NCBI GenBank assembly: GCA_965649225.1
Contig: CBFGJX010000002.1
Span: 96,001-160,000 of the forward strand
DNA length: 64,000 nt
DNA from: a candidate division WOR-3 bacterium
GTDB lineage: Bacteria > Hydrothermota > Tepidihabitantia > Tepidihabitantales > Tepidihabitantaceae
Reading direction: 5' to 3'
The notes below the pieces were generated by a model. It did no database searches, was not told the origin of the DNA, and worked only from the letters and a program-made list of their open reading frames with translations. The translations under genes were made by a program, and so were the position numbers. Positions 1 to 9,516 of the stretch are shown piece by piece (position 1 is the stretch's first letter; each line of letters opens with the position of its first letter).

Positions 1-479
1 GTCCGGTCATCATGTCTCAGTTCATCGCTCTCGACACGGAAGAGTGAACCGGTCGCTTCGTTGGAAAAAAGCACGTTGTTGAACAGGTAGAACTCAAACT
101 CCGACAGAACCATAATCTCGCTCGCTCCGGCCGTCTGCTTGGTCAGGGCAATCGCCTGCGCCAGCATCCGGCGCGGGTCACGCGAATAGGGTTCGCCAGT
201 CAGCGGGTCATACAGACTGGCGAAACACGACACTGTCGGTGCGGTTGCAAAAGGATTGACAAACGCCGAGTCGATATCGGGCTTCAGAACCAGGTCGCCC
301 GATTCGACACTGCGGAACCCGGGTACCGACGAGCTGTCGAATCCGACCCCCTCATTCACCGCCGCCTCAAGCCGTTCGATTGGCAATGTCACATGATGAA
401 GCCGTCCCAGCAGGTCCGGGTACAGCAGGTCGATGAAAAGGACTTTCCTTTCGGCAACTGTCTTCGATAGTCTTTCCAC
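1..479 (-). CDS. glnA: Glutamine synthetase type I, N-terminal part (runs off the window start; absent from the ORF track)
   Basis: Manual translation from GTG 479: VERLSKTVAERKVLFIDLLYPDLLGRLHHVTLP...GVGFDSSSVPGFRSVESGDLVLKPD...RDPR...LSEFEFYLF, with GS-I motifs FDxSS and EFEFY. Confidence 0.92.
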   Translation of the reverse strand, partial: MERLSKTVAERKVLFIDLLYPDLLGRLHHVTLPIERLEAAVNEGVGFDSSSVPGFRSVESGDLVLKPDIDSAFVNPFATAPTVSCFASLYDPLTGEPYSRDPRRMLAQAIALTKQTAGASEIMVLSEFEFYLFNNVLFSNEATGSLFRVESDELRHDDR

Positions 480-485
480 AAGCCT

Positions 486-514
486 AAGCTTGCCGCCACC
501 GCCGTGAAAGTCAA
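486..514 (-). promoter_or_regulatory. Putative sigma70 promoter of glnA (leaderless geometry)
   Basis: TTGACT-17nt-AAGCTT-6nt-GTG; the -10 is weak. Confidence 0.45.
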
Positions 515-533
515 CCCGCTCGTTTTCGGGCGC

Positions 534-561
534 TTGACACCGCCTCCGGCAGCACGACAAT
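534..561 (+). promoter_or_regulatory. Putative sigma70 promoter of the lptE operon (leaderless geometry)
   Basis: TTGACA-16nt-GACAAT-6nt-GTG(568). Confidence 0.55.
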
Positions 562-567
562 CTGGTC

Positions 568-1041
568 GTGCGTACCCTGCTGCCATTGCTCGCCCTGACG
601 CTGCTGTCATGCGGCTACTCAACCCGTTCGCTGCTTCCTCCCCATCTCAACACCATCGGAATCGAGCCGATAGAAAACCTCTCGGCGCAGCCTGAAGCCG
701 CCGGTCTGCTTGAACAGCAGCTCCGCAGCGAGTTTGCACGCGACCGGACTCTGCGCGTGGTCGATGTCGAGCGCGGCGATATCCTTCTGAAAATCCAGGT
801 AACTGGCTATTCAAAAGAAGCTGAGGCCTATACCGGCGACCAGCGCATTTCCAGCTACCGACTGACGACAGCAGCGTCCGTTTCGGCACTTGACCGGGTA
901 CGCGACGAGAATCTCTATTCCGGGACCATAACCGCTCAAATCTCATACGATCCGAACCAGAGCTCCGAAGAACAGGCGACCGGCGATTTGATGGCCAGAC
1001 TGGCCCGCGATATAGTCCGCATTTTGCTGTTGGCGTGGTAA
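568..1041 (+). CDS. lptE: LPS assembly lipoprotein, LptE family
   Basis: Lipobox LLSC-GY, 157 aa, typical FCB LptE pattern CGYS...TIGIEPIEN. Confidence 0.75.
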   Translation: MRTLLPLLALTLLSCGYSTRSLLPPHLNTIGIEPIENLSAQPEAAGLLEQQLRSEFARDRTLRVVDVERGDILLKIQVTGYSKEAEAYTGDQRISSYRLTTAASVSALDRVRDENLYSGTITAQISYDPNQSSEEQATGDLMARLARDIVRILLLAW

Positions 1042-2348
1042 TGGAACTCGCCGTCCGACAGCTTGTTGCCGGCGGCGACGGCATAGCCGAGTGGGACGGC
1101 ATGAAGGTCTTTGTCCGCGGGGCCGCTCCAAAAGAAATCGTCCGCGCCCGGCTGCTTGAGCGCCGCCGAGACTACGCCATTGCCGAAACGGTCGAAGTTC
1201 TGAATGCCTCTCCAGACCGGCGAATTCCTCCTTGTCCGCTGTTCGGTATGTGCGGTGGCTGCCAGCTCCAGCATTTGAACTATTCCGGCCAGCTGGTCGC
1301 CAAAAGATCTATCGCCGAGGAAACTTTGCGTCGTCTCGGTCACTTGTCGCTGGAGGCTGCGACCGTCTACCCGGCGCCAGTTGAATGGCACTACCGTAAC
1401 AAGACTCAGTATCCGGTGCAGACATCCGGCGTAGGCTTCTATCGCCGGTTCAGCCATGACCTTGTGAATGTCAGCCAGTGCCTGCTCCATCCACCCAGCT
1501 TCGATGAAATCCGTCGTCACTTCCTGGACCAGCTCACCGCCGGACTCGAAACTCCCTATTCCGAACCACACCACCGGGGCAACATTCGTCATCTGATTCT
1601 GCGCACCGGCCTGCCCGCAAAAGGGACCCATGCCATCATCGTAACGAGGGAGAACACGCTCAACCGTCAGCTCGTTGACCGTCTGATCGGCTCCGGTCTG
1701 GTTGCTGCCGTTCTGCAAAGCCATAACCCTGACCGGGGAAATCGCATTCTCGGTTCGACGCCCCGACTGGTTGCCGGCACCGATTCATTGATCGTCATGG
1801 AACTGGCCGGGTTGAGAATCGCAGTCCCGCCCGGAGCATTTTTTCAGGTCAACACGCAACAGGCGGCTGTTCTCGCTGACGCTGTTGTCCGACTGGCCGG
1901 TCTGCAGGGTCACGAGAAGGTGCTCGAACTTTACTGCGGCTGCGGCCTGCTGACACTGAATCTTGCTCGCTATTGCCGACGCGTTGTCGGTATTGAGATC
2001 GATTCAGTCGCGGTCGAACAGGCCCGCTCCAATGCCACGGTAAATGGCCTCGACAACGCGACCTTTCACCACGGCGACGTCGAGGCACTTTCCGATATCG
2101 GCAAGGCTGAACTGGTTGTCCTTGATCCACCACGGCGCGGCTGTTCCCAGCAGGTTCTGCAGCGAATCGCCGCAGCCAGCCCGCGCCGAATCATCTACGT
2201 TTCCTGCAACCCGGCGACACTGGCCCGGGACGTTGCATTCCTGGCCGAACTCGATTATCGGCCGACCCGACTTGAACTCATCGATATGTTCCCCCAGACG
2301 TCACACATCGAATCAATCTGCCTTATCGAATCTGATTTCACTCGATAA
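1041..2348 (+). CDS. rlmD: 23S rRNA (uracil-1939-C5)-methyltransferase
   Basis: TRAM N-terminus, CPLFGMCGGCQLQH Fe-S motif, FFQVN, DPPRRG, YVSCNP, DMFPQT; TAATG coupling to lptE. Confidence 0.95.
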   Translation: MELAVRQLVAGGDGIAEWDGMKVFVRGAAPKEIVRARLLERRRDYAIAETVEVLNASPDRRIPPCPLFGMCGGCQLQHLNYSGQLVAKRSIAEETLRRLGHLSLEAATVYPAPVEWHYRNKTQYPVQTSGVGFYRRFSHDLVNVSQCLLHPPSFDEIRRHFLDQLTAGLETPYSEPHHRGNIRHLILRTGLPAKGTHAIIVTRENTLNRQLVDRLIGSGLVAAVLQSHNPDRGNRILGSTPRLVAGTDSLIVMELAGLRIAVPPGAFFQVNTQQAAVLADAVVRLAGLQGHEKVLELYCGCGLLTLNLARYCRRVVGIEIDSVAVEQARSNATVNGLDNATFHHGDVEALSDIGKAELVVLDPPRRGCSQQVLQRIAAASPRRIIYVSCNPATLARDVAFLAELDYRPTRLELIDMFPQTSHIESICLIESDFTR

Positions 2349-3808
2349 TGGTCCTGCACTGCCAGACTGTCGTCACTGCCGATTCCCGTCCCGAACCGAT
2401 GCTCATAGAGATAGAGCGGGGGTTCATTGTTCGTCTAACAGCAACAGTCGCTCCCCACCATAACCTGATTGCCGTACCAGGTTTTATCGATTCGCACACC
2501 CACCCCCTGCAGGCAGGATTGATTCAGCTGGGCGTTGACCTGCGCAGTTGTACCGACATTGAGGATGTACGCGCGCGCCTCGCTGCCGCCGGACCGATGG
2601 AACCGGTGCTTGCCTTCAATTTTGAGCCCGAGCGACTGACCGAGCAGCGCTGGCCGTCAGTTGCGGAGCTGGACTCGGTAATTCCTGATCGGCCGTTGCT
2701 CGTTTACCGGGTCGACGGCCATTCAGCGCTGACCAATACCGTCGGGCGAAAATTGCTGGAACGTCACGTGGGAGGAGACGGCTTTGCCGGAGATCAGCCG
2801 CTGTGCGGCCAGTCGTACGAAACCGCCTCTTTTGTCTTCCGGCGTCTGCTTCTCCCCTCTGCTGCGGCTGAAGCACTCCAGCTCGCCGGCACCGCTGCAG
2901 CCGCCGCTGGCGTTACTACAATCGCGGCGATGATAGGCGATCCCGAACTCGACCTGTCCGAATGGCAGATTTTGATTGACAATTTGACACGCATGTCGGT
3001 CCGAGCCATACCCTACCTCCAAACCTGGGATACCGCCGTTGCCCTGAACTTCGGGCTGAAACAAATCGGCGGCTGCCTGCTCATCGATGGCTCGTTTGGT
3101 TCACATACTGCCTGGCTCTCGAGTCCCTATTCTGACCGACCAACCAAGTCCGGCACGGGTTATGTCAGTCCGCAGCTGCTGACGGAATTCATCCGCGCCG
3201 CCAAGGCCAAAGGTCTGCAGACCGCTTTTCATGCCATTGGTGACAGGGCAATCGAACAGGTAGTAATGACCCACGAGGAAACCGGCAACGCCCGGGGTCA
3301 TCGGATTGAACATGCCGAACTGCTTTCCGAAACCATGATTCGCCGTATCGCTGGACTTGGCATCCATCTGGCAGTTCAGCCGGCATTTGAGCTGGAGTGG
3401 GGCGGTCCCGACCGACTCTACGCCCGCCGTCTCGGCAGTCGCTGGCAGCAGACCAATCCCTTTCGCTGGCTGATTGATGCCGGGGTTACCCTCGCCGGCG
3501 GTTCCGACTGGCCGGTGACTCCGGTAAATCCGGTAACAGGAATCCATGCCGCAATCAACCATCCCAATTCCGTCCAGCGCATCAAACCGGCCGAAGCCAT
3601 GGCGATGTTCACGGTCAATGCCGCTCGCGCCATGGGAATCGAAGTTCAGGCTGGACGAATCGCTCCAGGCTATTCTGCTGACATTGTCCTGCTCGACCGT
3701 GACCCGCGAGACTCTGCTTCGGCCCGGGTAGTCGGCACCATCTGCCGCGGCTGCTGGATCTATCAAAGAACAACTGAAGCCATCAATCCGGTGCTTGTCC
3801 GTGACTGA
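2348..3808 (+). CDS. Amidohydrolase (Amidohydro_3/YtcJ-like)
   Basis: PGFIDSHTH, DGSFGSHTA, HAIGD, HRIEHAE, GSDWPV motifs. Confidence 0.9.
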   Translation: MVLHCQTVVTADSRPEPMLIEIERGFIVRLTATVAPHHNLIAVPGFIDSHTHPLQAGLIQLGVDLRSCTDIEDVRARLAAAGPMEPVLAFNFEPERLTEQRWPSVAELDSVIPDRPLLVYRVDGHSALTNTVGRKLLERHVGGDGFAGDQPLCGQSYETASFVFRRLLLPSAAAEALQLAGTAAAAAGVTTIAAMIGDPELDLSEWQILIDNLTRMSVRAIPYLQTWDTAVALNFGLKQIGGCLLIDGSFGSHTAWLSSPYSDRPTKSGTGYVSPQLLTEFIRAAKAKGLQTAFHAIGDRAIEQVVMTHEETGNARGHRIEHAELLSETMIRRIAGLGIHLAVQPAFELEWGGPDRLYARRLGSRWQQTNPFRWLIDAGVTLAGGSDWPVTPVNPVTGIHAAINHPNSVQRIKPAEAMAMFTVNAARAMGIEVQAGRIAPGYSADIVLLDRDPRDSASARVVGTICRGCWIYQRTTEAINPVLVRD

Positions 3809-5525
3809 CACCAACCGCGCAGTCGCCCGGATGTTTGCGCGAATCGCCGACGCCCTCGAGCTTCTGGGCGAAGACGGTTATCGGGCGCTGGCCTACCGTA
3901 AGGCGGCTCGCACCATTGAACAGTCAGCCGACGACCTGCGGCAACTTGAACGTGAAGGCCGTCTTGGTGACCTGCCGGGTATCGGCACCGCTCTGCGAAG
4001 CAAAATTGCCGAATACATCGCTACCGGGCGGATGGCAAAGCTGGATGAACTGACCGCCAGACTTCCTCAAGGACTCTTTGAACTCCTTCAGGTACCAGGT
4101 CTCGGGCCCAAGACCGTCCGGCTCATCTGGCAACAGCTCGGCATTACCGATCCGGAAGGTCTTCGCCGCGCAATCGAAGACGGCAGCTTCGCCCAACTCC
4201 CAGGAATGGGACAGAAAAAGGCAACCCGAATCCTCGCCAGTCTGCAGACGGAAACAACAACCGAGCGACGGATGTACCTGCCTGAGGCTTTTGAACTCGC
4301 CCGATCGGTTATCGACTGGATGAAGGAGCTGACCGGAACCGTCGAATTAGCGTTTGCCGGCTCGCTTCGCCGTGGCTGCGAGACCATCGGCGACATCGAC
4401 GTCCTCATCAGTGGCCCACCCGCGCAACGGGCGATAGATCATTTCTGCGCTCACCCGCGCGTCTCCCGGGTAATTGCGGCTGGCCGCACCAAAGCCTCGG
4501 TCCTCATTCAGGGGCAACACCTGCGGCAGGTCGACCTGCGGGTAGTTCAACCCGGCAGCTATGGCGCGGCACTTCAGTACTTCACCGGCTCCAAGGAGCA
4601 CAACGTCGCGCTCAGGGCACTTGCTCAACAACACGGCCTCAAGTTGTCGGAGTACGGGCTGTTCCAAGGACGACGTAAAGTTGCCGGCAGAACCGAATCC
4701 GACATCTACGAACGGCTCGGCCTGGCTTGGATAGACCCCGAACTGCGGGAAAACCGCGGAGAAATCGCTGCCGCTGCCGAACACCGACTGCCCCGACTCG
4801 TGCGCCGAACCGATATTCAGGGCGACCTGCACATCCACTCAAACCGTTCCGATGGCACTGCCGCGTTACCTGAGATCGCCGAGGCCGCCCGCCGGCTCGG
4901 CTACCGCTACCTCGCTATCGCCGACCACTCTCAGTCGGCACACTACGCCGGCGGACTCTCAACTGACGGCCTGCTTCGTCACTGCGATGAAGTTGACCGA
5001 TACAACGCCGGCTCACGAGCCTTGACCATCCTGAAATCCTGCGAGGTCGACATCAGACCGGATGGAACTCTCGATTACCCCGACGCCGTCCTGGCCCGGC
5101 TGGACTTTGTCATCGCCTCAATCCATCAGGGGTTCCGCAAGGATGTAACACAACGGATTCGTGCCGCCCTCGCACACCCGCTGGTCGACATCATCGCTCA
5201 CCCGACCGGACGGCTAATCGACCAACGTGAGGGCTACGACGTCGATGTCGAGAGGGTGATCGAAACTGCCGCTTCCTTTAGTAAAGCGCTGGAAATCAAT
5301 GCGTTCTACGCCCGTCTTGACTTGTCAGATATCTGGGCCCGTCGCGCCGCCGAATCCGGAGTCCTGATCTGCATCAACACCGATGCCCACACCACCGATG
5401 AAATGAACTGGATGGACTACGGCGTCCTGGTGGCGCGCCGGGCATGGCTCGAGAAGAAAAATGTTCTCAATTGCCTTTCTTTGAACCAGCTGCTTCAGTG
5501 GCGGCGGTCGCGTATCTCGCGTTGA
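3801..5525 (+). CDS. polX: DNA polymerase X / PHP 3'-5' exonuclease
   Basis: HhH motifs, GSLRR...GDID and VDLR catalytic aspartates, YFTGSKEHN; PHP motifs DLHIHS, DHS, AHPTGR, TDAH. Confidence 0.95.
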   Translation: MTDTNRAVARMFARIADALELLGEDGYRALAYRKAARTIEQSADDLRQLEREGRLGDLPGIGTALRSKIAEYIATGRMAKLDELTARLPQGLFELLQVPGLGPKTVRLIWQQLGITDPEGLRRAIEDGSFAQLPGMGQKKATRILASLQTETTTERRMYLPEAFELARSVIDWMKELTGTVELAFAGSLRRGCETIGDIDVLISGPPAQRAIDHFCAHPRVSRVIAAGRTKASVLIQGQHLRQVDLRVVQPGSYGAALQYFTGSKEHNVALRALAQQHGLKLSEYGLFQGRRKVAGRTESDIYERLGLAWIDPELRENRGEIAAAAEHRLPRLVRRTDIQGDLHIHSNRSDGTAALPEIAEAARRLGYRYLAIADHSQSAHYAGGLSTDGLLRHCDEVDRYNAGSRALTILKSCEVDIRPDGTLDYPDAVLARLDFVIASIHQGFRKDVTQRIRAALAHPLVDIIAHPTGRLIDQREGYDVDVERVIETAASFSKALEINAFYARLDLSDIWARRAAESGVLICINTDAHTTDEMNWMDYGVLVARRAWLEKKNVLNCLSLNQLLQWRRSRISR

Positions 5526-6154
5526 CGACTGGTGACCATGTCCAGCCAACGGCAGGCTTGCAGTATTTCAGCGGCTGGTCCAGGGGCGTGGCCACCTGAG
5601 TCAACTACGAGTCTTGTCTCGATTCCCGCCGCGTTCAGTTCATAATACAGGCGCAGGTTGTCCTGTCGGTTCCAGTCTGTCTGGCGGGTGCGCAGAAACA
5701 CCTTGTTCGCAGAACAGCCCCCCAGATCAGCACCGGCGATTGCGCCTCGATGAGCGCAGGTCGCCGCGACACCACGGAAGATAGCCGGATGCAGGCACAT
5801 CGATGCCAGCGCCTGCACCCCCATGCCGGAGAAGCCAAAGACAAACACTCGCTCAGAGTCCACCAGCGACAAGCGGCGCAAAGCCGAAGCGGCCTGAAGA
5901 AGGTCGGCGTCGTTCAGCCGGAACTCGCGGCGGTTACGCGGACCGCGGCAGACGGCGAAGACCCAGCCCAGTGAATCAGCCACCCAGCAGATGGAATCAA
6001 GGTCGGCCCGCCCCCCGCCAACACAGCTCAAAACCACCAGCGCCGGCGCCGGCCGGCCGGGATGTGTCGCCGGCAGGTAGTACCACCCGCCGTCCAAGGC
6101 CTGCAACGGTCGGGCCGAAGAAACCAGCAGCAGCAACATTACGGCAGAAGTCAC
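5495..6154 (-). CDS. Secreted alpha/beta-hydrolase-fold protein (esterase-like)
   Basis: Signal-peptide-like N-terminus; RVFVFGFSGMG nucleophile elbow; C-terminal GGH. Confidence 0.6.
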   Translation of the reverse strand: MTSAVMLLLLVSSARPLQALDGGWYYLPATHPGRPAPALVVLSCVGGGRADLDSICWVADSLGWVFAVCRGPRNRREFRLNDADLLQAASALRRLSLVDSERVFVFGFSGMGVQALASMCLHPAIFRGVAATCAHRGAIAGADLGGCSANKVFLRTRQTDWNRQDNLRLYYELNAAGIETRLVVDSGGHAPGPAAEILQACRWLDMVTSRQREIRDRRH

Positions 6155-6158
6155 GGAC

Positions 6159-7244
6159 TCAGCTCCTTTGTTCCACCGTCAGCAGCATCGTCACGGCGAC
6201 GCCGGCAAAAATGATGTTGGGCAACCACGCGGCCATTGCCGGGCTGACAATCTGGGAAGTGCCAAAGGCACGGGAAATCTGAATGGCACCCCAGTAAAGA
6301 AAGGACACCAGCAGGCCGAGCCCGAGGCCAAACATGACTCCTCCCTGACGCATACGGACAGCCAGCGGCAGACCGAGCAGAACCACCACCAAGCCTATCA
6401 ATGAATATGACAAGCGGTAGTGATACTCCACCTCTTCCTTTGCCACGTTCTCGCCAGCGCGGCGGAGCCGACGAATGTAGCGGGCCAGCTCACGGGTGGA
6501 CGTTTCATCGACCGGTCGTTGCGGTGCGGCGAAATCAGCCGGAGTTTCGCGCAGGGCAACCAGCACAACCGAATCATGCCAGACCATACGCTCGTTACCG
6601 GCAGGATCGAATTCGCGTTCTGCAACCGAGTGACCAATCCAGCGTCCGTCCACATACTCGGCCTCGCGACCGTCAAAGCGCTGCACCACCCGCCGGGCAG
6701 TATCGAGCTGGCACAAAGAGAAATCGTGCATCAAACGGTTGTCCTCAAGCTCGCGGATGAAATACACCCGCCCATCCTCGCCAACGAAGTAAACGTTGCG
6801 CCGACGTCCAACATCGGTCCGTGGCCGCCGCTCGATCGCGTGACGACGCAGCTGACTCAGCATGCGGTTGGCTGGGATCGTGATGAACTCGTTTGCCAGC
6901 AAATAGCCAGGCACCGAAGCAAGTCCCACGCAGAACCCCGGCACAAACAATCTCAACATTGCCACACCGGCAGCTGCCAGTGCGTGCAGTTCCCGGTTAC
7001 GTGTCATCTGGCCATACACGAGAAAAACACCCAGCACCAGACTCACCGGGTAGAGCAGGCTAACTGCCGACGGCGTGCTGTACAAATAGTAAAGCAGGAC
7101 GTTGCCGAGGGCTACCTTCCGGGCGGTAAAGTAGTTAAGTTCCTCAAAGAGATCAATCAACAGGTAAATCGTTACAACGCAACAAAGAGCAATCAGCGCA
7201 AACTTCAGCACTTCGCGGACAAGATGCCGGTCAATAATCGTCAC
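6159..7244 (-). CDS. lptG: LPS export ABC transporter permease LptG
   Basis: IIDRHLVRE start (GTG 7244 overlaps the lptF stop), ELHALAAAGV, AAWLPNIIF. Confidence 0.88.
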   Translation of the reverse strand: MTIIDRHLVREVLKFALIALCCVVTIYLLIDLFEELNYFTARKVALGNVLLYYLYSTPSAVSLLYPVSLVLGVFLVYGQMTRNRELHALAAAGVAMLRLFVPGFCVGLASVPGYLLANEFITIPANRMLSQLRRHAIERRPRTDVGRRRNVYFVGEDGRVYFIRELEDNRLMHDFSLCQLDTARRVVQRFDGREAEYVDGRWIGHSVAEREFDPAGNERMVWHDSVVLVALRETPADFAAPQRPVDETSTRELARYIRRLRRAGENVAKEEVEYHYRLSYSLIGLVVVLLGLPLAVRMRQGGVMFGLGLGLLVSFLYWGAIQISRAFGTSQIVSPAMAAWLPNIIFAGVAVTMLLTVEQRS

Positions 7245-8476
7245 TTCCAAGCCCGCCGACCAATCATTGGTCGCTCCAGCAACGCTCGACTGGCAAGCTC
7301 GACTGTCGGTATTGCCAGCACGATATTTGGCAGCCACATCCCCAGCCAGGGCCAGACCCGGCCGCTTTCGGCAAGATTCTGGCCAGCAAGGAGCAGTAGA
7401 TAGTACACGGCGAAAAACACCAGCCCAACCATGAAGCCGGTGCCGATTCCGCCTCGACGCAGCAACAGGCCAAGCGGAGCGCCAAACAGCAGAAAGAAAA
7501 AGGTCGAAAATGCAACAGAGACACGTTTGTGAAACTCGACGGCAAAACGCGACAGCTCCATCCTTCGGTAGCGGAGCCTCGCGGTCTCCTCCTCAACCCG
7601 CAGACTTTCAGCTTCGTTGCCGGCAACCGCTGCCCGTGCCGCACGAACCCGCGCTGACTGCAGTGCAACCTCATGACGCAGCTGATTCAAACTGGCGAGG
7701 AGTTGCGGCAACGGCATCTCTTCATCGCCCCGGTACTCCCGTTCCCGACGCACGAGCTCTTCGTCCATCCTGACGTTGATGGTGTGTCGGCTGAACCGCA
7801 GACGACGATAGGAGCTGTCCGGTGCGGTCTCGTGCATTTCCCCGTCAAGCAGCGTCAGAATCATGTAACGGTCATCCGGCGTATAGGTCAACTCGCCCCG
7901 TGGTGCAGTCAAAAAACCTGGTCGGCTGGCATCCCGGCTGGCGGAGAATATCGCCACATCGGCAACGCGCGAGCGCCGTTCATCAATCGTGCCAATATAA
8001 ATCATGTAGCCGGAGAAGTCGTCCATGAAGACCCCTTCCCGGACACGCAGAGCCGGACGTTTTCGGGCAACGTCAGTCAGAAGATTACGCACGCGATGCT
8101 GTGCCTCAGGAACCACGAACGAATTGAACAGGAACATCAGCCCAAAAAGGAAGAGGCACAACACGGCTACCGGCAGCACCAGTCGAACCGGGCAGATTCC
8201 CGCAGCGCTGACTACTCGGGACTCATTATCCTGTGCCAGACGGCCGAAAGACGTCACGCCCCCGATAAGACTGCCCAGCGGCGTGCAAATCATGGCGACA
8301 AACGGTAGCGACAACGCCGCTATCTCACCAACAATGACAATTGGCACGCCCTTACGCACCAGCAGGTCAGCCAGTAGAAACAGCCGGTCCATCAGCAGCA
8401 CGAATGTAAGAACAAAAATGGCAAGGAAAAACGGTGGCAGGAACTGCCGCAGGACATAGCGTTCCAGGATCTTCAA
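7241..8476 (-). CDS. lptF: LPS export ABC transporter permease LptF
   Basis: KILERYVLRQF, RLAQDNE..SAGI, WLPNIV; tandem with lptG. Confidence 0.88.
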   Translation of the reverse strand: MKILERYVLRQFLPPFFLAIFVLTFVLLMDRLFLLADLLVRKGVPIVIVGEIAALSLPFVAMICTPLGSLIGGVTSFGRLAQDNESRVVSAAGICPVRLVLPVAVLCLFLFGLMFLFNSFVVPEAQHRVRNLLTDVARKRPALRVREGVFMDDFSGYMIYIGTIDERRSRVADVAIFSASRDASRPGFLTAPRGELTYTPDDRYMILTLLDGEMHETAPDSSYRRLRFSRHTINVRMDEELVRREREYRGDEEMPLPQLLASLNQLRHEVALQSARVRAARAAVAGNEAESLRVEEETARLRYRRMELSRFAVEFHKRVSVAFSTFFFLLFGAPLGLLLRRGGIGTGFMVGLVFFAVYYLLLLAGQNLAESGRVWPWLGMWLPNIVLAIPTVELASRALLERPMIGRRAWK

Positions 8477-8482
8477 TGGCCA

Positions 8483-8511
8483 ATCATATTCCCCCCGACT
8501 ACGGCAGTCAA
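8483..8511 (-). promoter_or_regulatory. sigma70 promoter of lptFG (leaderless geometry)
   Basis: TTGACT-17nt-TATGAT-6nt-TTG(8476). Confidence 0.7.
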
Positions 8512-8708
8512 CGCACGGCGCGACACGGTTCAGGCAACAAGTTTGGGCATAACATTGCCGCCATCACCGACCGAAATCCGCTGAGCCGGAACCAGCATCC
8601 TACAGTGTTCCTTCGGCGACAGGAGTTTTCACCCCGCGCGGTGAACCGGCAACCCAAGCGCCGATTTGTCAGGCAATTATCTCGGCGGCAATATCTGCAA
8701 TCTTGCAC
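8508..8708 (-). CDS. Small Cys/Arg-rich hypothetical protein (66 aa, 8 Cys)
   Basis: Perfect SD GGAGGT (8720-8715) 6 nt before GTG 8708; lies in an otherwise intergenic gap. Confidence 0.55.
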   Translation of the reverse strand: MQDCRYCRRDNCLTNRRLGCRFTARGENSCRRRNTVGCWFRLSGFRSVMAAMLCPNLLPEPCRAVR

Positions 8709-9001
8709 GCACACACCTCCGCCCCCCAGTCAGCATCAGTAGCGGCCGAAGGGAATTCGTACACTAGCCTCATCAACGGGAATGCTTTGGGTCACTTCCG
8801 AATTACTGACAGCCTCCGGCACCGCTGAGAAACTCCAACCAGCCGCCGTATCAACACTACACACCCTGCTGCTGAACTGTGGATTTCATCGCTTCGTCCA
8901 GCAAGCAACTAAACCAAGCACTCGCCCGCAATCACGTGCCGGCAGCCAATCAAACACCTGCTTCAGCAGGAGCACAAACTACGGCCACGGCAGCTCTTGA
9001 T

Positions 9002-9030
9002 TTGACAACTGGATCGAAAACCGATAGGCT
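9002..9030 (+). promoter_or_regulatory. sigma70 promoter of the 114-aa Cys-rich gene
   Basis: TTGACA-17nt-TAGGCT; downstream SD GGAGGAGGAG before ATG 9109. Confidence 0.65.
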
Positions 9031-9108
9031 GGGTCAACAAATAGTCGCTGGGAGTTCCTAACCGCCCCGGCCGGACCAAACCAAACCCGAATATACGGAG
9101 GAGGAGCA

Positions 9109-9453
9109 ATGCCCAAGCTCATCAGATGCGAAGCAATCAACGAGGACGGACTTCCCTGCGGAAGTCTCTACTTCTACGGCCTTTACACCTGTGAAGGCAA
9201 GAACTGCACGGTTCGGGAGTTCGAGGACCAGGAGCCACGCAACATCAATCCGGAACCGGGTACGCCGGATTCGCTGCCCGGCTGCAAACCCTGTCCCGGG
9301 TGCACGATTGATGTCCAGACCTGGCGCTTCCGTTGTGCCCAGTGCGATACGGTCCACGACTTCAGCACCCTCAACAACAAAGTGACCAACACCCCACTCA
9401 ATGGCATCAGCATCGTCTCGGCACCGGACAGCGAAACGACTGCTGCCGACTGA
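9109..9453 (+). CDS. Cys-rich hypothetical protein, putative Zn-ribbon/metal-binding (114 aa, 9 Cys)
   Basis: Strong SD, own promoter and terminator; CxxCxxC (CKPCPGC) and CxxC (CAQC) motifs. Confidence 0.85.
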   Translation: MPKLIRCEAINEDGLPCGSLYFYGLYTCEGKNCTVREFEDQEPRNINPEPGTPDSLPGCKPCPGCTIDVQTWRFRCAQCDTVHDFSTLNNKVTNTPLNGISIVSAPDSETTAAD

Positions 9454-9469
9454 CCGTTGCCCGAAGCGA

Positions 9470-9497
9470 CAGGGGCGGGCCGACTGGCCCGCCCCTG
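9470..9497. terminator. GC-rich hairpin between convergent genes (probable bidirectional terminator)
   Basis: CAGGGGCGGGCC-GACT-GGCCCGCCCCTG, perfect 12-bp stem. Confidence 0.75.
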
Positions 9498-9516
9498 GAC
9501 TTATTGTCGAATCGGA

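Noticed and set aside
9451..9497. TGA of the Cys-rich gene plus downstream hairpin as a second Sec/SECIS
   Set aside because: The perfect 12-bp stem sits between convergent genes like a terminator, and read-through gives non-protein-like sequence running antisense into the next gene.
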